NCBI GenBank assembly: GCA_950097015.1
Contig: CATNEN010000024.1
Span: 6,758,001-6,822,000 of the forward strand
Source: Macrostomum hystrix
Taxonomy: Eukaryota > Animalia > Platyhelminthes
Length of the DNA stretch: 64,000 nucleotides
Reading direction: 5' to 3'
Shown: one piece after another, positions 1 through 11,760 of the stretch
Position numbering within the stretch: position 1 is the stretch's first letter
Layout of the letters: each line of letters starts with the position of its first letter
The notes under the pieces: generated by a model
The model's database searches: none
What the model was told of the DNA's origin: nothing
Seen by the model: only the letters and a program-made list of their open reading frames with translations
Translations under genes and position numbers: made by a program

Positions 1-85
1 TGAAGTTTCGGAGTTTTGAAGTTTCGGAGTTTTGAAGTTTCGGAGTTTTGAAGTTTCTGGGTTTTAAGTTTCGGAGTTTTGAAGC
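1..85. repeat. Minisatellite, 16-bp unit TGAAGTTTCGGAGTTT, cut by the window edge
   Basis: About 5 tandem copies visible. Confidence 0.85.
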
Positions 86-178
86 GTCGGAGATTCGAGT
101 TTTTTTAACTTTGATCAACAGAATTTTCTTCGGAGCTTTACAAGAGTATTCAAAGAGACAAACAGTTGTCAGTCTCAC

Positions 179-474
179 CTTGTTGATGAGGAAATACGCC
201 GTTGAAAGGGTCGCGAAACAGGGCGGCAAGGCTGCCGCCAACACCTGCTGCCTGAAGGTGAGGCGGCAGGTGCGGCGGCAGCAGCGAAGCCGCTGAGGAG
301 ACAATCGCAGCAGCGGCGGCGGCAGCAGCGGCAGGCGATGCGGCCGAGGCTGAGGAGTGCGTCCCGATTGGGAAGCCGCCGGCAGCGGCGGCTGCAAAGG
401 CCGCCTCCATCAGTCGCAGCTGCTCGAGTTCGTAGAGCTTCCTGGGGTCCGGGCAGACTGGCCAGAACATCTGG

Positions 475-509
<35 letters not shown>

Positions 510-1375
510 AGGCGGTGCCGCCGCCTGTGAAACGAAGTTAGCCATTGGAAGAGCCGAAGTAGACACTGCTAGGCTACGAGCCGTCGGCAGCGATGGCTGT
601 GGCGGCTGTGGTGGTGGAGGGGGTGGCGTGGCTTCCGACTTAGGATGAGACGGTGGAGGAGTCCGCGATGGAGGAGGCGGCGACGGTAGCGCGGCATCAG
701 TAACGCGGGAGTTTGTTTGCTGCTGCTGCTGCTGCTGCTGATTTTTTACTGCATTGTGGTCCCGTTGCTGCTGCTGCTGCTGCTGCCGTTTCGCAGCGGC
801 TGAGACTGCAGGCTTGCGCTGTTCTGGCACTTTAAACACCGGAGGCGATTCCGGCGAACTGGCTGATGTCGGCGTTGGACGCGGAGGAGGAGGCGGCGGC
901 GGTTGACGCTGGCGTTCAACGTGGCAGTGGTTGTGATGCCACTTCATCGCCAGATCGTTGACGAAACGCTTAGAACAGTCGGGATGCGTACAGGCGACTG
1001 GCAGTGTCTGCTGGCTTGAGATTCGATTTGACACTTGCTGCTGCTGTTTCTGCTGCTGCTGTGACTTAGATGAATGTGGCTGCTGCTGCTGCTGCTGCTG
1101 TTGTTGAGATCGTCGTCGGCAGATGATGGCGCCGTTGGAAGCTGCTGCTGCAGTAGCTGCGGCTCGACGCTTTCGCCCTGAAGAGGGCGCTGGCGGAGAG
1201 CAACGCTGCTGCTGCTGTTGCTGCTGCTCAGACTGTTGATCCAGCTGCTGCTGCTGATGCTGTTGATGCTGCTGTTGAGAGCTTGGAGCTGGAGTAGCGA
1301 GATCGTGCTGCGATGAGTCGAGAAGGGTGCCAACGTAGGTGCGACCGCGCCAGGTCACATTGACCACTAGCATGC
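179..1375 (-). CDS. ZNF608: ZNF608/609-like exon with conserved MLVVNVTWRGRTYVGTLLD block and atypical C2H2 finger CTHPDCSKRF...MKWHHNHCH; polyQ/polyP/polyA tracts
   Basis: Acceptor cgcag|GC completes the Gly codon from the phase-1 upstream exon, giving ETSSG-MLVVNVTWR as in ZNF608/609. Probable donor CAAG|GTGAGA at 178, so the gene likely continues left of the window; otherwise stop at 150-152. Confidence 0.9.
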
Positions 1376-1529
1376 CTGCGGAGTGTTGGATGATTGTTAG
1401 TCATGTGAGATGGGTTGTCATGGGCGTTATGTAGAACCAACTGAGACACCACCTCTGCTAAATTTTGAGCTCCATTCTAAAGGTTATAGGTCTGGTTGGG
1501 ATTACGCAATGCAGGTAGTGGCCAGTAGA

Positions 1530-1905
1530 TAGTGTCAGGTAGATAGCGGAAGGTAGATAGTGTCAGGTGTATAGCTGAAGGTAGATAGTGTCAGGTGTAT
1601 AGCTGAAGGTAGATAGTGTCAGGAAGATAGCAGTAGACAGAGAGTGTCAGGTAGAGATTGTCCGGTTGGATAGCGGAAGGAGTGTCAGGTAAGAGTGTCA
1701 GGTAGTGTCAGGTAGTGTCAGGTAGAGAGTGTCAGGAAGTGTCAGTCAGTGTCAGGTAGTGTCAGGTAGTGTCAGGTAGTGTCAGGTAGTGTCAGGTAGT
1801 GTCAGGTAGTGTCAGGTAAGAGTGTCAGGTAGAGAGAGTGTCAGGTAGTGCCAGTCAGTGTCAGGTAGTGTCAGGTAGTGTCAGGTAAGAGTGTCAGGTA
1901 GAACA
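1530..1905. repeat. Minisatellite, 9-12-bp unit GTGTCAGGTA(G/A)
   Basis: Tandem copies visible, degenerate at the left end. Confidence 0.9.
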
Positions 1906-2529
1906 GTGACATGTGTAGAATGGCAAATCCAGCGAATGCAGATGTAATCAGACAAAAATGCGGGCCCTGACACTAATTGGAAATGGGAGGCAGAAACAAA
2001 GAGGGAGAGAGCAGAGTGATAACAAAGAGACGCAGGACGCAAGCAACAGCAAAGGCCGCTAAGGGAATATACTAGTCCATTAGTCAGGGGATTAAACACG
2101 GCGGCGCATTCAGTCGCGCACTTCACTCAACTTGCTTTGATCCCCATGTTTGAGTGAAGGAGGAAGGCCTCGCTAGAGCAGGGAAGAGAACTACAGGCAG
2201 TAGTTTTAGTTAGCTGATTTGCCGATCAATTCAAGCCTAGGGATTTAGCGGGATTGGGGCAGGCTCAGTTGAGTTTAGTGTGCTCAGCAGTCTGCGAGTG
2301 GCATTTCGCAAACAATTGCTGCACTAGTTGTGCAACCAGGACAGGAGGGCCTACACTCATGGGGATAGCGTAGATCAGAGCAGTGGGAATCAACTTCCTG
2401 CTGAGGCGCAGTTGGCACATGATAGGGAAACGGGGAGGGCAGGGCGGGTGCGAGTCTTGAAGATAAGGAGCAAGAAGGAAAGAAAAGAGGAAGATAGAGA
2501 GGCTGATGAGGGAGACAGCAAGTAGAGAG

Positions 2530-4245
2530 TGAGTGAGGGAATCAAGTGGCAATGCAGAGACTGAGTGAGGGAATCAAGTGGCAAGGCAGAAAGTGAGAGA
2601 GGGAATCAAGTGGCAAGGCAGAAAGTGAGTGAGGGAATCAAGTGGCAAGGCAGAAAGTGAGTGAGGGAATCAAGTGGCAAGGCAGAAAGTGAGTGAGGGA
2701 ATCAAGTGGCAAGGCAGAAAGTGAGTGAGGGAATCAAGTGGCAAGGCAGAAAGTGAGTGAGGGAATCAAGTGGCAAGGCAGAAAGTGAGTGAGGGAATCA
2801 AGTGGCAAGGCAGAAAGTGAGTGAGGGAATCAAGTGGCAAGGCAGAAAGTGAGTGAGGGAATCAAGTGGCAAGGCAGAAAGTGAGTGAGGGAATCAAGTG
2901 GCAAGGCAGAAAGTGAGTGAGGGAATCAAGTGGCAAGGCAGAAAGTGAGTGAGGGAATCAAGTAGCAAGGCAGAAAGTGAGTGAGGGAATCAAGTGGCAA
3001 GGCAGAAAGTGAGTGAGGGAATCAAGTGGCAAGGCAGAAAGTGAGTGAGGGAATCAAGTAGCAAGGCAGAAAGTGAGTGAGGGAATCAAGTAGCAAGGCA
3101 GAAAGTGAGTGAGGGAATCAAGTGGCAAGGCAGAAAGTGAGTGAGGGAGACAAGTAGCAAGGCAGAAAGTGAGTGAGGGAATCAAGTGGCAAGGCAGAAA
3201 GTGAGTGAGGGAATCAAGTGGCAAGGCAGAAAGTGAGTGAGGGAATCAAGTGGCAAGGCAGAAAGTGAGTGAGGGAGACAAGTAGCAAGGCAGAAAGTGA
3301 GTGAGGGAATCAAGTGGCAAGGCAGAAAGTGAGTGAGGGAATCAAGTGGCAAGGCAGAAAGTGAGTGAGGGAATCAAGTAGCAAGGCAGAAAGTGAGTGA
3401 GGGAATCAAGTAGCAAGGCAGAAAGTGAGTGAGGGAATCAAGTGGCAAGGCAGAAAGTGAGTGAGGGAATCAAGTAGCAAGGCAGAAAGTGAGTGAGGGA
3501 ATCAAGTGGCAAGGCAGAAAGTGAGTGAGGGAATCAAGTGGCAAGGCAGAAAGTGAGTGAGGGAATCAAGTAGCAAGGCAGAAAGTGAGTGAGGGAATCA
3601 AGTAGCAAGGCAGAAAGTGAGTGAGGGAATCAAGTGGCAAGGCAGAAAGTGAGTGAGGGAGACAAGTAGCAAGGCAGAAAGTGAGTGAGGGAATCAAGTG
3701 GCAAGGCAGAAAGTGAGTGAGGGAGACAAGTAGCAAGGCAGAAAGTGAGTGAGGGAGACAAGTAGCAAGGCAGAGAGTGAGTGAGGGAATCAAGTGGCAA
3801 GGCAGAAAGTGAGTGAGGGAGACAAGTAGCAAGGCAGAAAGTGAGTGAGGGAATCAAGTGGCAAGGCAGAAAGTGAGTGAGGGAATCAAGTGGCAAGGCA
3901 GAAAGTGAGTGAGGGAATCAAGTGGCAAGGCAGAAAGTGAGTGAGGGAATCAAGTGGCAAGGCAGAAAGTGAGTGAGGGAATCAAGTGGCAAGGCAGAAA
4001 GTGAGTGAGGGAATCAAGTGGCAAGGCAGAAAGTGAGTGAGGGAATCAAGTGGCAAGGCAGAAAGTGAGTGAGGGAATCAAGTGGCAAGGCAGAAAGTGA
4101 GTGAGGGAATCAAGTGGCAAGGCAGAAAGTGAGTGAGGGAATCAAGTGGCAAGGCAGAAAGTGAGTGAGGGAATCAAGTGGCAAGGCAGAAAGTGAGTGA
4201 GGGAATCAAGTGGCAAGGCAGAAAGTGAGTGAGGGAAACAAGTAC
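2530..4245. repeat. Minisatellite, 32-bp unit GAGGGAATCAAGTGGCAAGGCAGAAAGTGAGT, about 53 copies
   Basis: Highly homogeneous tandem array. Confidence 0.97.
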
Positions 4246-5179
4246 AGACTGAGTAAGGGAATCAGATAACAGGGTAAGTGATATCAGTGCTGTAGTGTGA
4301 GTCAGAGAAACAGATTCAGTTTAACAAACAAAATTCAAATTATCGCATATCTAAAAGCATTATAATTAGAAAAACGACATGAAACACGTGGACAACGACT
4401 ACAGAAAGATTTCTTTCTGACAATGTGTTGAAGTTAGCAGGAAAAATAGATAAGACAGGCAAATTGGCTGTCAAAAACGTATTTCTACAGCTCGTGTGAC
4501 TTAGTCAGCAAGCCGCCTGCCTTAAAGATCTGTTATCAGACCAATCAAACAGCGCTGCAGAACCCCCTACACTGGTCACAGTAAAGAAGGCCCCCTCTGC
4601 TGTATTATTAGCAGAAACTGCATAAAGCAGCAGTAAATAATTAATCTGTGAAGATGATAGGGACACTGAGAGAGAGCTATAGACCCTAAAAGTCAGATTA
4701 AGGCACTAACAGTAAATTCATTCTGTAGATATTGGCTAGCCTATCTGTATACTGTATCTGTGCTAGGCTAGGCTCTGCGTGAAACGAGCTTCCTTGTTTA
4801 TTCAACACGCGGCAATTGCTTAATTTTAATGCTACCCCCAGTGAGATATAGGCATGTAAAACTGCTTATATTAGTATAGCTTGTTAGGAGCCATTGTATG
4901 TAAGATTTCAGAATTTTGATATGAATTTAAATTCCGCTACTGTTTAAGTGAAACTATCATGTATTTTATACACTCGATTGCAGCCGGATCATGTGTTGAA
5001 AACAAGATTGCAACTACCACAGTTTGCAGATGTGGCCACGTTAAACTATATGGATACTGTTGCAAAACAGGGGTGGGGCTAATTACCTATAATAAACTAT
5101 CACCTAAATATGACTGTGGAAAGCAAAAGGATGGACTTAATTGAAGAAATAGAAATTACGAGATGGAAAATGGGTAAGT

Positions 5180-5462
5180 TTGGGGAGTGGGGAAGGAGAG
5201 GTAGAGAATGGGGAAGGAGAGGTAGAGAATGGAGAAGGAGAGGTAGAGAATGGAGAAGGAGAGTTAGAGAATGGAGAAGGAGAGGTAGAGAATGGAGAAG
5301 GAGAGGTAGTGAATGGAGAAGGAGAGGTAGAGAATGGAGAAGGAGAGGTAGAGAATGGAGAAGGAGAGGTAGAGAATGGAGAAGGAGAGGTAGAGAATGG
5401 AGAAGGAGAGGTAGAGAATGGAGAAGGAGAGGTAGAGAATGGAGAAGGAGAGGTAGAAGGAG
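5180..5462. repeat. Minisatellite, 21-bp unit GGAGAAGGAGAGGTAGAGAAT, about 13 copies
   Basis: Tandem array; explains the ORFs at 5100-5531. Confidence 0.95.
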
Positions 5463-6356
5463 TTTACCTATGACACAGTGCTTATGGCAGCGATCGCACT
5501 GCATAGATTTTGGGTGACAGATACTAGTCAAGAAGCTGCGATAAGTAAATGAGCCTTGAGACAGTCCCGATAAAGCGATAGTGGGATTCGAAGGGAAGAG
5601 ATGGGGGAGATAGGGAGAAAAAAACGGTCCTAAGGGATATTGGAAGAGAAGAGCATTCGCGTGGCCGCAGCCTCAGAATCCCGCCCGCAATTCGATGGTG
5701 GTTGTGGGATCTGAAAGGCAACCTGCCTCCCTCCCCAGCCAACACCCCAGCACTGCCAGTTTTGCTGTTTATGCTTGATTCCTTCTCCCCAAACTAACTC
5801 GGTCTTCCTTCACCCGCTCTCTCTTTCCCATCCCACTCTAATATACAGGCTTGCCTTCATGAAGCCGCTGGGGCACATAGCGGCTTCCATTTTCCTTAGA
5901 AAAGCCCCTACAGACGGACCATCCCGCTCTCTCTCTCTCTCTGTGTGTATCGCGTGTGCAGTTTCTTATAGCAATTGGCACTCACTTTCACTGCTGATGA
6001 TATATGGGACTGGCCCCTCTCTCTCTGTTCTTCCCTTATACTCCCTCCCACAAGGGGATTTCCGACCTATCACTGCTAAGCTGATCGTTTGTTGTCGCGA
6101 ATTTTCGGGTCCGTATTTTTTTCAGTTGCGAACCTATTTAAATAATAAATTTACTGTCTGTGCAAGTTAACAAAAACATATTTATATTTTAAATATATTA
6201 TATTGTAATTAAAAAATGTTTATATGGACATATAAACTGCGATTTTTTCCCGAAATTTATTTCTGTTTTAACTTATATTTCTAAGAAACAGGAATACGAA
6301 AAACTATATACCATTGAAATCGCTGAGTTCATTTTTGAACAAAAAACTTCGCTTAC

Positions 6357-6558
6357 CTGAGCTTGTCTCAAGCCAAACAATGCCATCAAGGTTAATATTA
6401 GTGCCGGGATCGCAGGGCCCCAAGCACTCTGGCTCTATGTTGGTCGCCTTTGTGGTGCCAGACGAAGCGCTGACAGACGATGTCGAAGCGGCGCTGGCTG
6501 CGGCTGCGGCCGCGGCAGTGGCGGTGGACCTTTTCATTTTTTTGTTACTGGTCGTAGT
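6357..6558 (-). CDS. ZNF608: ZNF608/609-like exon ([10 protein letters not shown]...[26 protein letters not shown])
   Basis: Acceptor ttttactttcag|ACT and donor TCAG|GTAAGC (phase 1). The peptide matches the conserved ZNF608/609/Brakeless motif EPxCLGPCEPGTxVNLEGIVWxET. Confidence 0.9.
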
Positions 6559-6639
6559 CTGAAAGTAAAATTATTTTTATTGACGGTTCTTTACGTTCTC
6601 CCTTTTTTAATTACGAATGCTGTTATAATACAAAGTCGT

Positions 6640-8515
6640 ATTTACAGCACTTTATCTGCGGTTACAGCACTTTATCTGCGGTTACAGCACTTTATCTGCA
6701 GTTACAGCACTTTATCTGCGGTTGCAGCACTTTATCTGCGGTTACAGCACTTTATCTGCAGTTGCAGCACTTTATCTGCAGTTGCAGCACTTTATCTGCA
6801 GTTACAGCCCTCGATCTGTATTTACAACACTATCTGACGCAGTTACAGCACTGTATCTGTAGTTACAGCACTATATCTGTAGTTACAGCACTGTATCTGT
6901 AGTTACAGCACTATCTGACACAGTTACAGCACTTTATCTGCAGTTGCAGCACTTTATCTGCAGTTACAGCACTTTATCTGCAGTTGCAGCACTTTATCTG
7001 CAGTTACAGCACTTTATCTGCAGTTACAGCACTTTATCTGCAGTTGCAGCACTTTATCTGCAGTTACAGCACTTTATCTGCAGTTACAGCACTTTATCTG
7101 CAGTTGCAGCACTTTATCTGCAGTTGCAGCACTTTATCTGCAGTTACAGCACTTTATCTGCAGTTGCAGCACTTTATCTGCAGTTACAGCACTTTATCTG
7201 CAGTTACAGCACTTTACCTGCGGTTACAGCACTTTATCTGCAGTTACAGCCCTCGATCTGTATTTACAACACTATCTGACGCAGTTACAGCACTGTATCT
7301 GTAGTTACAGCACTATATCTGTAGTTACAGCACTGTATCTGTAGTTACAGCACTATCTGACACAGTTACAGCACTGTATCTGTAGTTACAGCACTATATC
7401 TGTAGTTACAGCACTGTATCTGTAGTTACAGCACTATCTGACACAGTTACAGCATTTTATCTGTAGTTACTGCACTTTATCTGCAGTTGCAGCACTATAT
7501 CTGTAGTTACTGCACTTTATCTGCAGTTGCAGCACTATATCTGTAGTTACAGCCCTCGATCTGTATATACAACACTATCTGACGCAGTTACAGCACTGTA
7601 TCTGTAGTTACAGCACTATATCTGTAGTTACAGCACTGTATCTGTAGTTACAGCACTATCTGACACAGTTACAGCATTTTATCTGTAGTTACTGCACTTT
7701 ATCTGCAGTTGCAGCACTATATCTGTAGTTACAGCACTCGATCTGTATTTAAAACACTATCTGACGAATTTACAGCACTTTATCTGCAGTTGCAGCACTT
7801 TATCTGCAGTTGCAGCACTTTATCTGCAGTTACAGCACTTTATCTGCAGTTGCAGCACTTTATCTGCAGTTACAGCACTTTATCTGCAGTTACAGCACTT
7901 TACCTGCGGTTACAGCACTTTATCTGCAGTTACAGCCCTCGATCTGTATTTACAACACTATCTGACGCAGTTACAGCACTGTATCTGTAGTTACAGCACT
8001 ATATCTGTAGTTACAGCACTGTATCTGTAGTTACAGCACTATCTGACACAGTTACAGCACTGTATCTGTAGTTACAGCACTATATCTGTAGTTACAGCAC
8101 TGTATCTGTAGTTACAGCACTATCTGACACAGTTACAGCATTTTATCTGTAGTTACTGCACTTTATCTGCAGTTGCAGCACTATATCTGTAGTTACTGCA
8201 CTTTATCTGCAGTTGCAGCACTATATCTGTAGTTACAGCCCTCGATCTGTATATACAACACTATCTGACGCAGTTACAGCACTGTATCTGTAGTTACAGC
8301 ACTATATCTGTAGTTACAGCACTGTATCTGTAGTTACAGCACTATCTGACACAGTTACAGCATTTTATCTGTAGTTACTGCACTTTATCTGCAGTTGCAG
8401 CACTATATCTGTAGTTACAGCACTCGATATGTATTTAAAACACTATCTGACGAATTTACAGCACTTTATCTGTAGTTACTGCACTTTATCTGACACCGCA
8501 GTCGATCTGTAGTTA
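6640..8515. repeat. Minisatellite, 20-bp unit TTACAGCACTTTATCTGCAG, with a 686-bp higher-order duplication
   Basis: Tandem array; the CCCTCGATC variant recurs at 7250/7936 and 7553/8239. Confidence 0.95.
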
Positions 8516-9519
8516 CAACAATCAAACTTACAGAACTTGATCTCTGGGTGCATCAGTTCAAACTTAGGCTGACATAAGTTTAGCGGCCCTGTAATATGCG
8601 ACCTTAGCTGTATCAGGTTCAATCCATTTAGTTAATATTGCCTAGTTCTAACATACGCTCGTATGTTGGCGGAGAGTGAGTCACAACTGCAGTGCGCAAG
8701 CTTCCTAGATCCAATTTAAACAAACGAAATCTGTCTTTTGGGAGCAGTTCAGCTGTGGGTGGAGGGGGATACGAAAAATGTCCACATTCAGAAGCTTTTG
8801 AATCGCATTAATGTCTTGTCGCAGTTGTTGCAAAAAAATCATTCCACAGCTTGAAACCAGAACTGAATTCTCTCGGTCCGCTCTCTGTGTCATCAAACTA
8901 AACCTTCTAGATAGTTATGCTGTAACTTTAATATAGACTGATTATATGTAACACCTGCAGACAATCCACAGATTTCCAGGTGGCTACAAAACATTTAGAT
9001 CATTTGCCGTGCACACACAAACTGTGAGAGGAATGGTATAGAATCTAAAAGGCTTCACCCGCATTCGCTGCTAATAACCATGGTGTCTTTTACTCAACCA
9101 ATCGAGAATTTTCACAATAAAAGAGCTTCATCGCTATCTGGCTTTTCTCTCTGTCTTCCTTATTTACATTATAGGAAGGCTGCTCTGCGGAGAAATAATG
9201 TTGGGGAAAAGCAATTTCACGGAGTTCTGTTCATGCGTGTCGTTTGGATAATATGCTATACGCAGCCGTTACTAACTGAATCCCAGGCCTTTTGTGGCGT
9301 CAATATTAGTGATGACTATAGACCGCTGATCCACAGGGACAGGGCTTTGTGAGACTACCTTCTCTGCTTTAGCATGCACAACTTAGACCTCAATTCCGAG
9401 TGTAACACCGATTTAACACTCTGAAGTTCTAAACACAATCCCAGGATCCTATAATATTCCATGACGTCCCTAGATCTAATAACACATATAAAAGTACTCA
9501 GATCCATAGATAAAAAATG

Positions 9520-10380
9520 CCTAAAAGTCATGGGATCCCTAGACTAAATTGTCCCTAAAAGTCATGGGATCCCTAGACTAAATTGTCCCTAAAAGTCATG
9601 GGATCCCTAGACTAAATTGTCCCTAAAAGTCATGAGATCCCTAGACTAATTGTCCCTAAAAGTCATGAGATCCCTAGACTAAATTGTCCCTAAAAGTCAT
9701 GGGATCCCTAGACTAAATTGTCCCTAAAAGTCATGGGATCCCTAGACTAAATTGTCCCTAAAAGTCATGGGATCCCTAGACTAAATTGTCCCTAAAAGTC
9801 ATGGGATCCCTAGACTAAATTGTCCCTAAAAGTCATGGGATCCCTAGACTAAATTGTTCCTAAAAGTCATGGGATCCCTAGACTAAATTGTCACTAAAAG
9901 TCATGGGATCCCTAGACTAAATTGTCCCTAAAAGTCATGGGATCCCTAGACTAAATTGTCCCTAAAAGTCATGGGATCCCTAGACTAAATTGTCCCTAAA
10001 AGTCATGAGATCCCTAGACTAATTGTCCCTAAAAGTCATGAGATCCCTAGACTAAATTGTCCCTAAAAGTCATGGGATCCCTAGACTAAATTGTCCCTAA
10101 AAGTCATGGGATCCCTAGACTAAATTGTCCCTAAAAGTCATGGGATCCCTAGACTAAATTGCCCCTAAAAGTTATGGGATCCCTAGACTAAATTGCCCCT
10201 AAAAGTTATGGGATCCCTAGACTAAATTGTCCCTAAAAGTCATGGGATCCCTAGACTAAATTGTCCCTAAAAGTCATGGGATCCCTAGACTAAATTGTCC
10301 CTAAAAGTCATGGGATCCCTAGACTAAATTGTCCCTAAAAGTCATGAGATCCCTAGACTAAATTGTCCCTAAAAGTCATG
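9520..10380. repeat. Minisatellite, 34-bp unit AGTCATGGGATCCCTAGACTAAATTGTCCCTAAA, about 25 copies
   Basis: Tandem array with palindrome GGGATCCC in most units. Confidence 0.96.
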
Positions 10381-11355
10381 GCAAACGCGTTAGACCGTTC
10401 TGAGATCCTAAACTCTTGAAAACATTAGATCCTTAGATCCCGTGTCCTAAATTATTTAAATTATCCTCAGACAAGGCCCAGATCCTGCAATCTGTAGAAA
10501 CATACTTTCACAGACCTGCACTACAGGTAAACTATGCCTAGCCATGCATTGACAGCTAATTGAAGCACCATCTGAGCAGTCAGCCCAGTCGGACTCCTTC
10601 AAACGGAAAGAAGCTGCAGGGATGATATAACAAGCCGGTTGTGGCATAGCAGAGACTAGAGTCAGCGCTTAGAGCCTTGGGAATAGATGAGAAGGGGAAA
10701 CGTGTGTGTGTGGTTAGGGGAAGCGTCAGGAGTAGTATTGAGAAGCGAGGAGAAGCGAGGAAGACTTGCCCTGGGGAAAGGACTATGAGGAGGGTTGGTG
10801 TCGGGTTGAATAGGGAAGTGGAGACAGATGAGGAACGGGTTGCAGGAAGAGAAGTAGTTATATAGAAGGAGAGCTAGATCCAGTGTGAAGTCTGTGACTG
10901 GACTCTGCCCCGCTATAACACGCATTTATAATATACTGACAGCAACTGCTGGGTTAGTGAGCGCGGGATTTTGGCAACTATTTAATCATTCCCCAGTCGA
11001 GGAGGGCGGCCGACAAATATATATACAGAACTAAAGGCCTGATGGCGATGAGGCAGCCGCGAGTGTGGAGTGGCCTGTGAGCATTCCCTAATCTCCACTT
11101 CCACCATGCCTGCCTGCCTGGGACTTAAAGAAGGAGGAGTAACGATGAGGCTTAAATTGCCTAATCTCACGTCAAGCAGCAAGATTTAAGGGGTAGCTCG
11201 CAGCTGCATGTTGTGCTAATCAGTAATGAAAGTAGTTTATTTTAATCAGCTTTCTGCGCATTGTGCCCAGAATTAGCAATCTACCTACATCAGCAATCTA
11301 CTATCTGTGATATGTGATTGCAAATCTAAGATTTGCTATCGAACTTTTCACCTAC

Positions 11356-11760
11356 CTCTGATTGTCTGCTAATCGATTTCCGCTTGTTCGAGGAAATTTT
11401 AGGCGAAGCCAGTTCGTTCGATTTCGGTTCAGCTTCAGAAGACGTTGTCGTTGTCCTTGGCGATGTCGGTGTCTGCGTCGATGTCGGCGTTGGCGCTGGC
11501 GGTATGGTCGGTGACTTTGGTGAGGCCGGCGGCGTTAATGGTGTTGAGTCCTCGTTGATAACAGCGTTTGGTGATGTACATGCACTGCCGGTGGCCGTGG
11601 CGCTGCCATTCGTTGACAATTGTAATCCATCAACTGTGTCTAACGAGCTTTGATCACTCTGATCGCCTTGTTGTTGCAGCACTTCGCAATTCTTGGAGTT
11701 TGTTTTGCGCTTGATTTTCATTTTCAGTGCCGGCGAATCTTTGTCCTTGTCTGTGGCCAT
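11356..11760 (-). CDS. ZNF608: ZNF608/609 (brakeless/scribbler)-like protein, probable first coding exon (MATDKDKDSPALKMKIKRK...SRQSE)
   Basis: ATG at 11760. Open for 135 codons to GAG|GTAGGT donor (phase 0), matching the phase-0 acceptor of the next exon. Assigned by continuity with the conserved downstream exons; the start codon is not certain. Confidence 0.7.
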
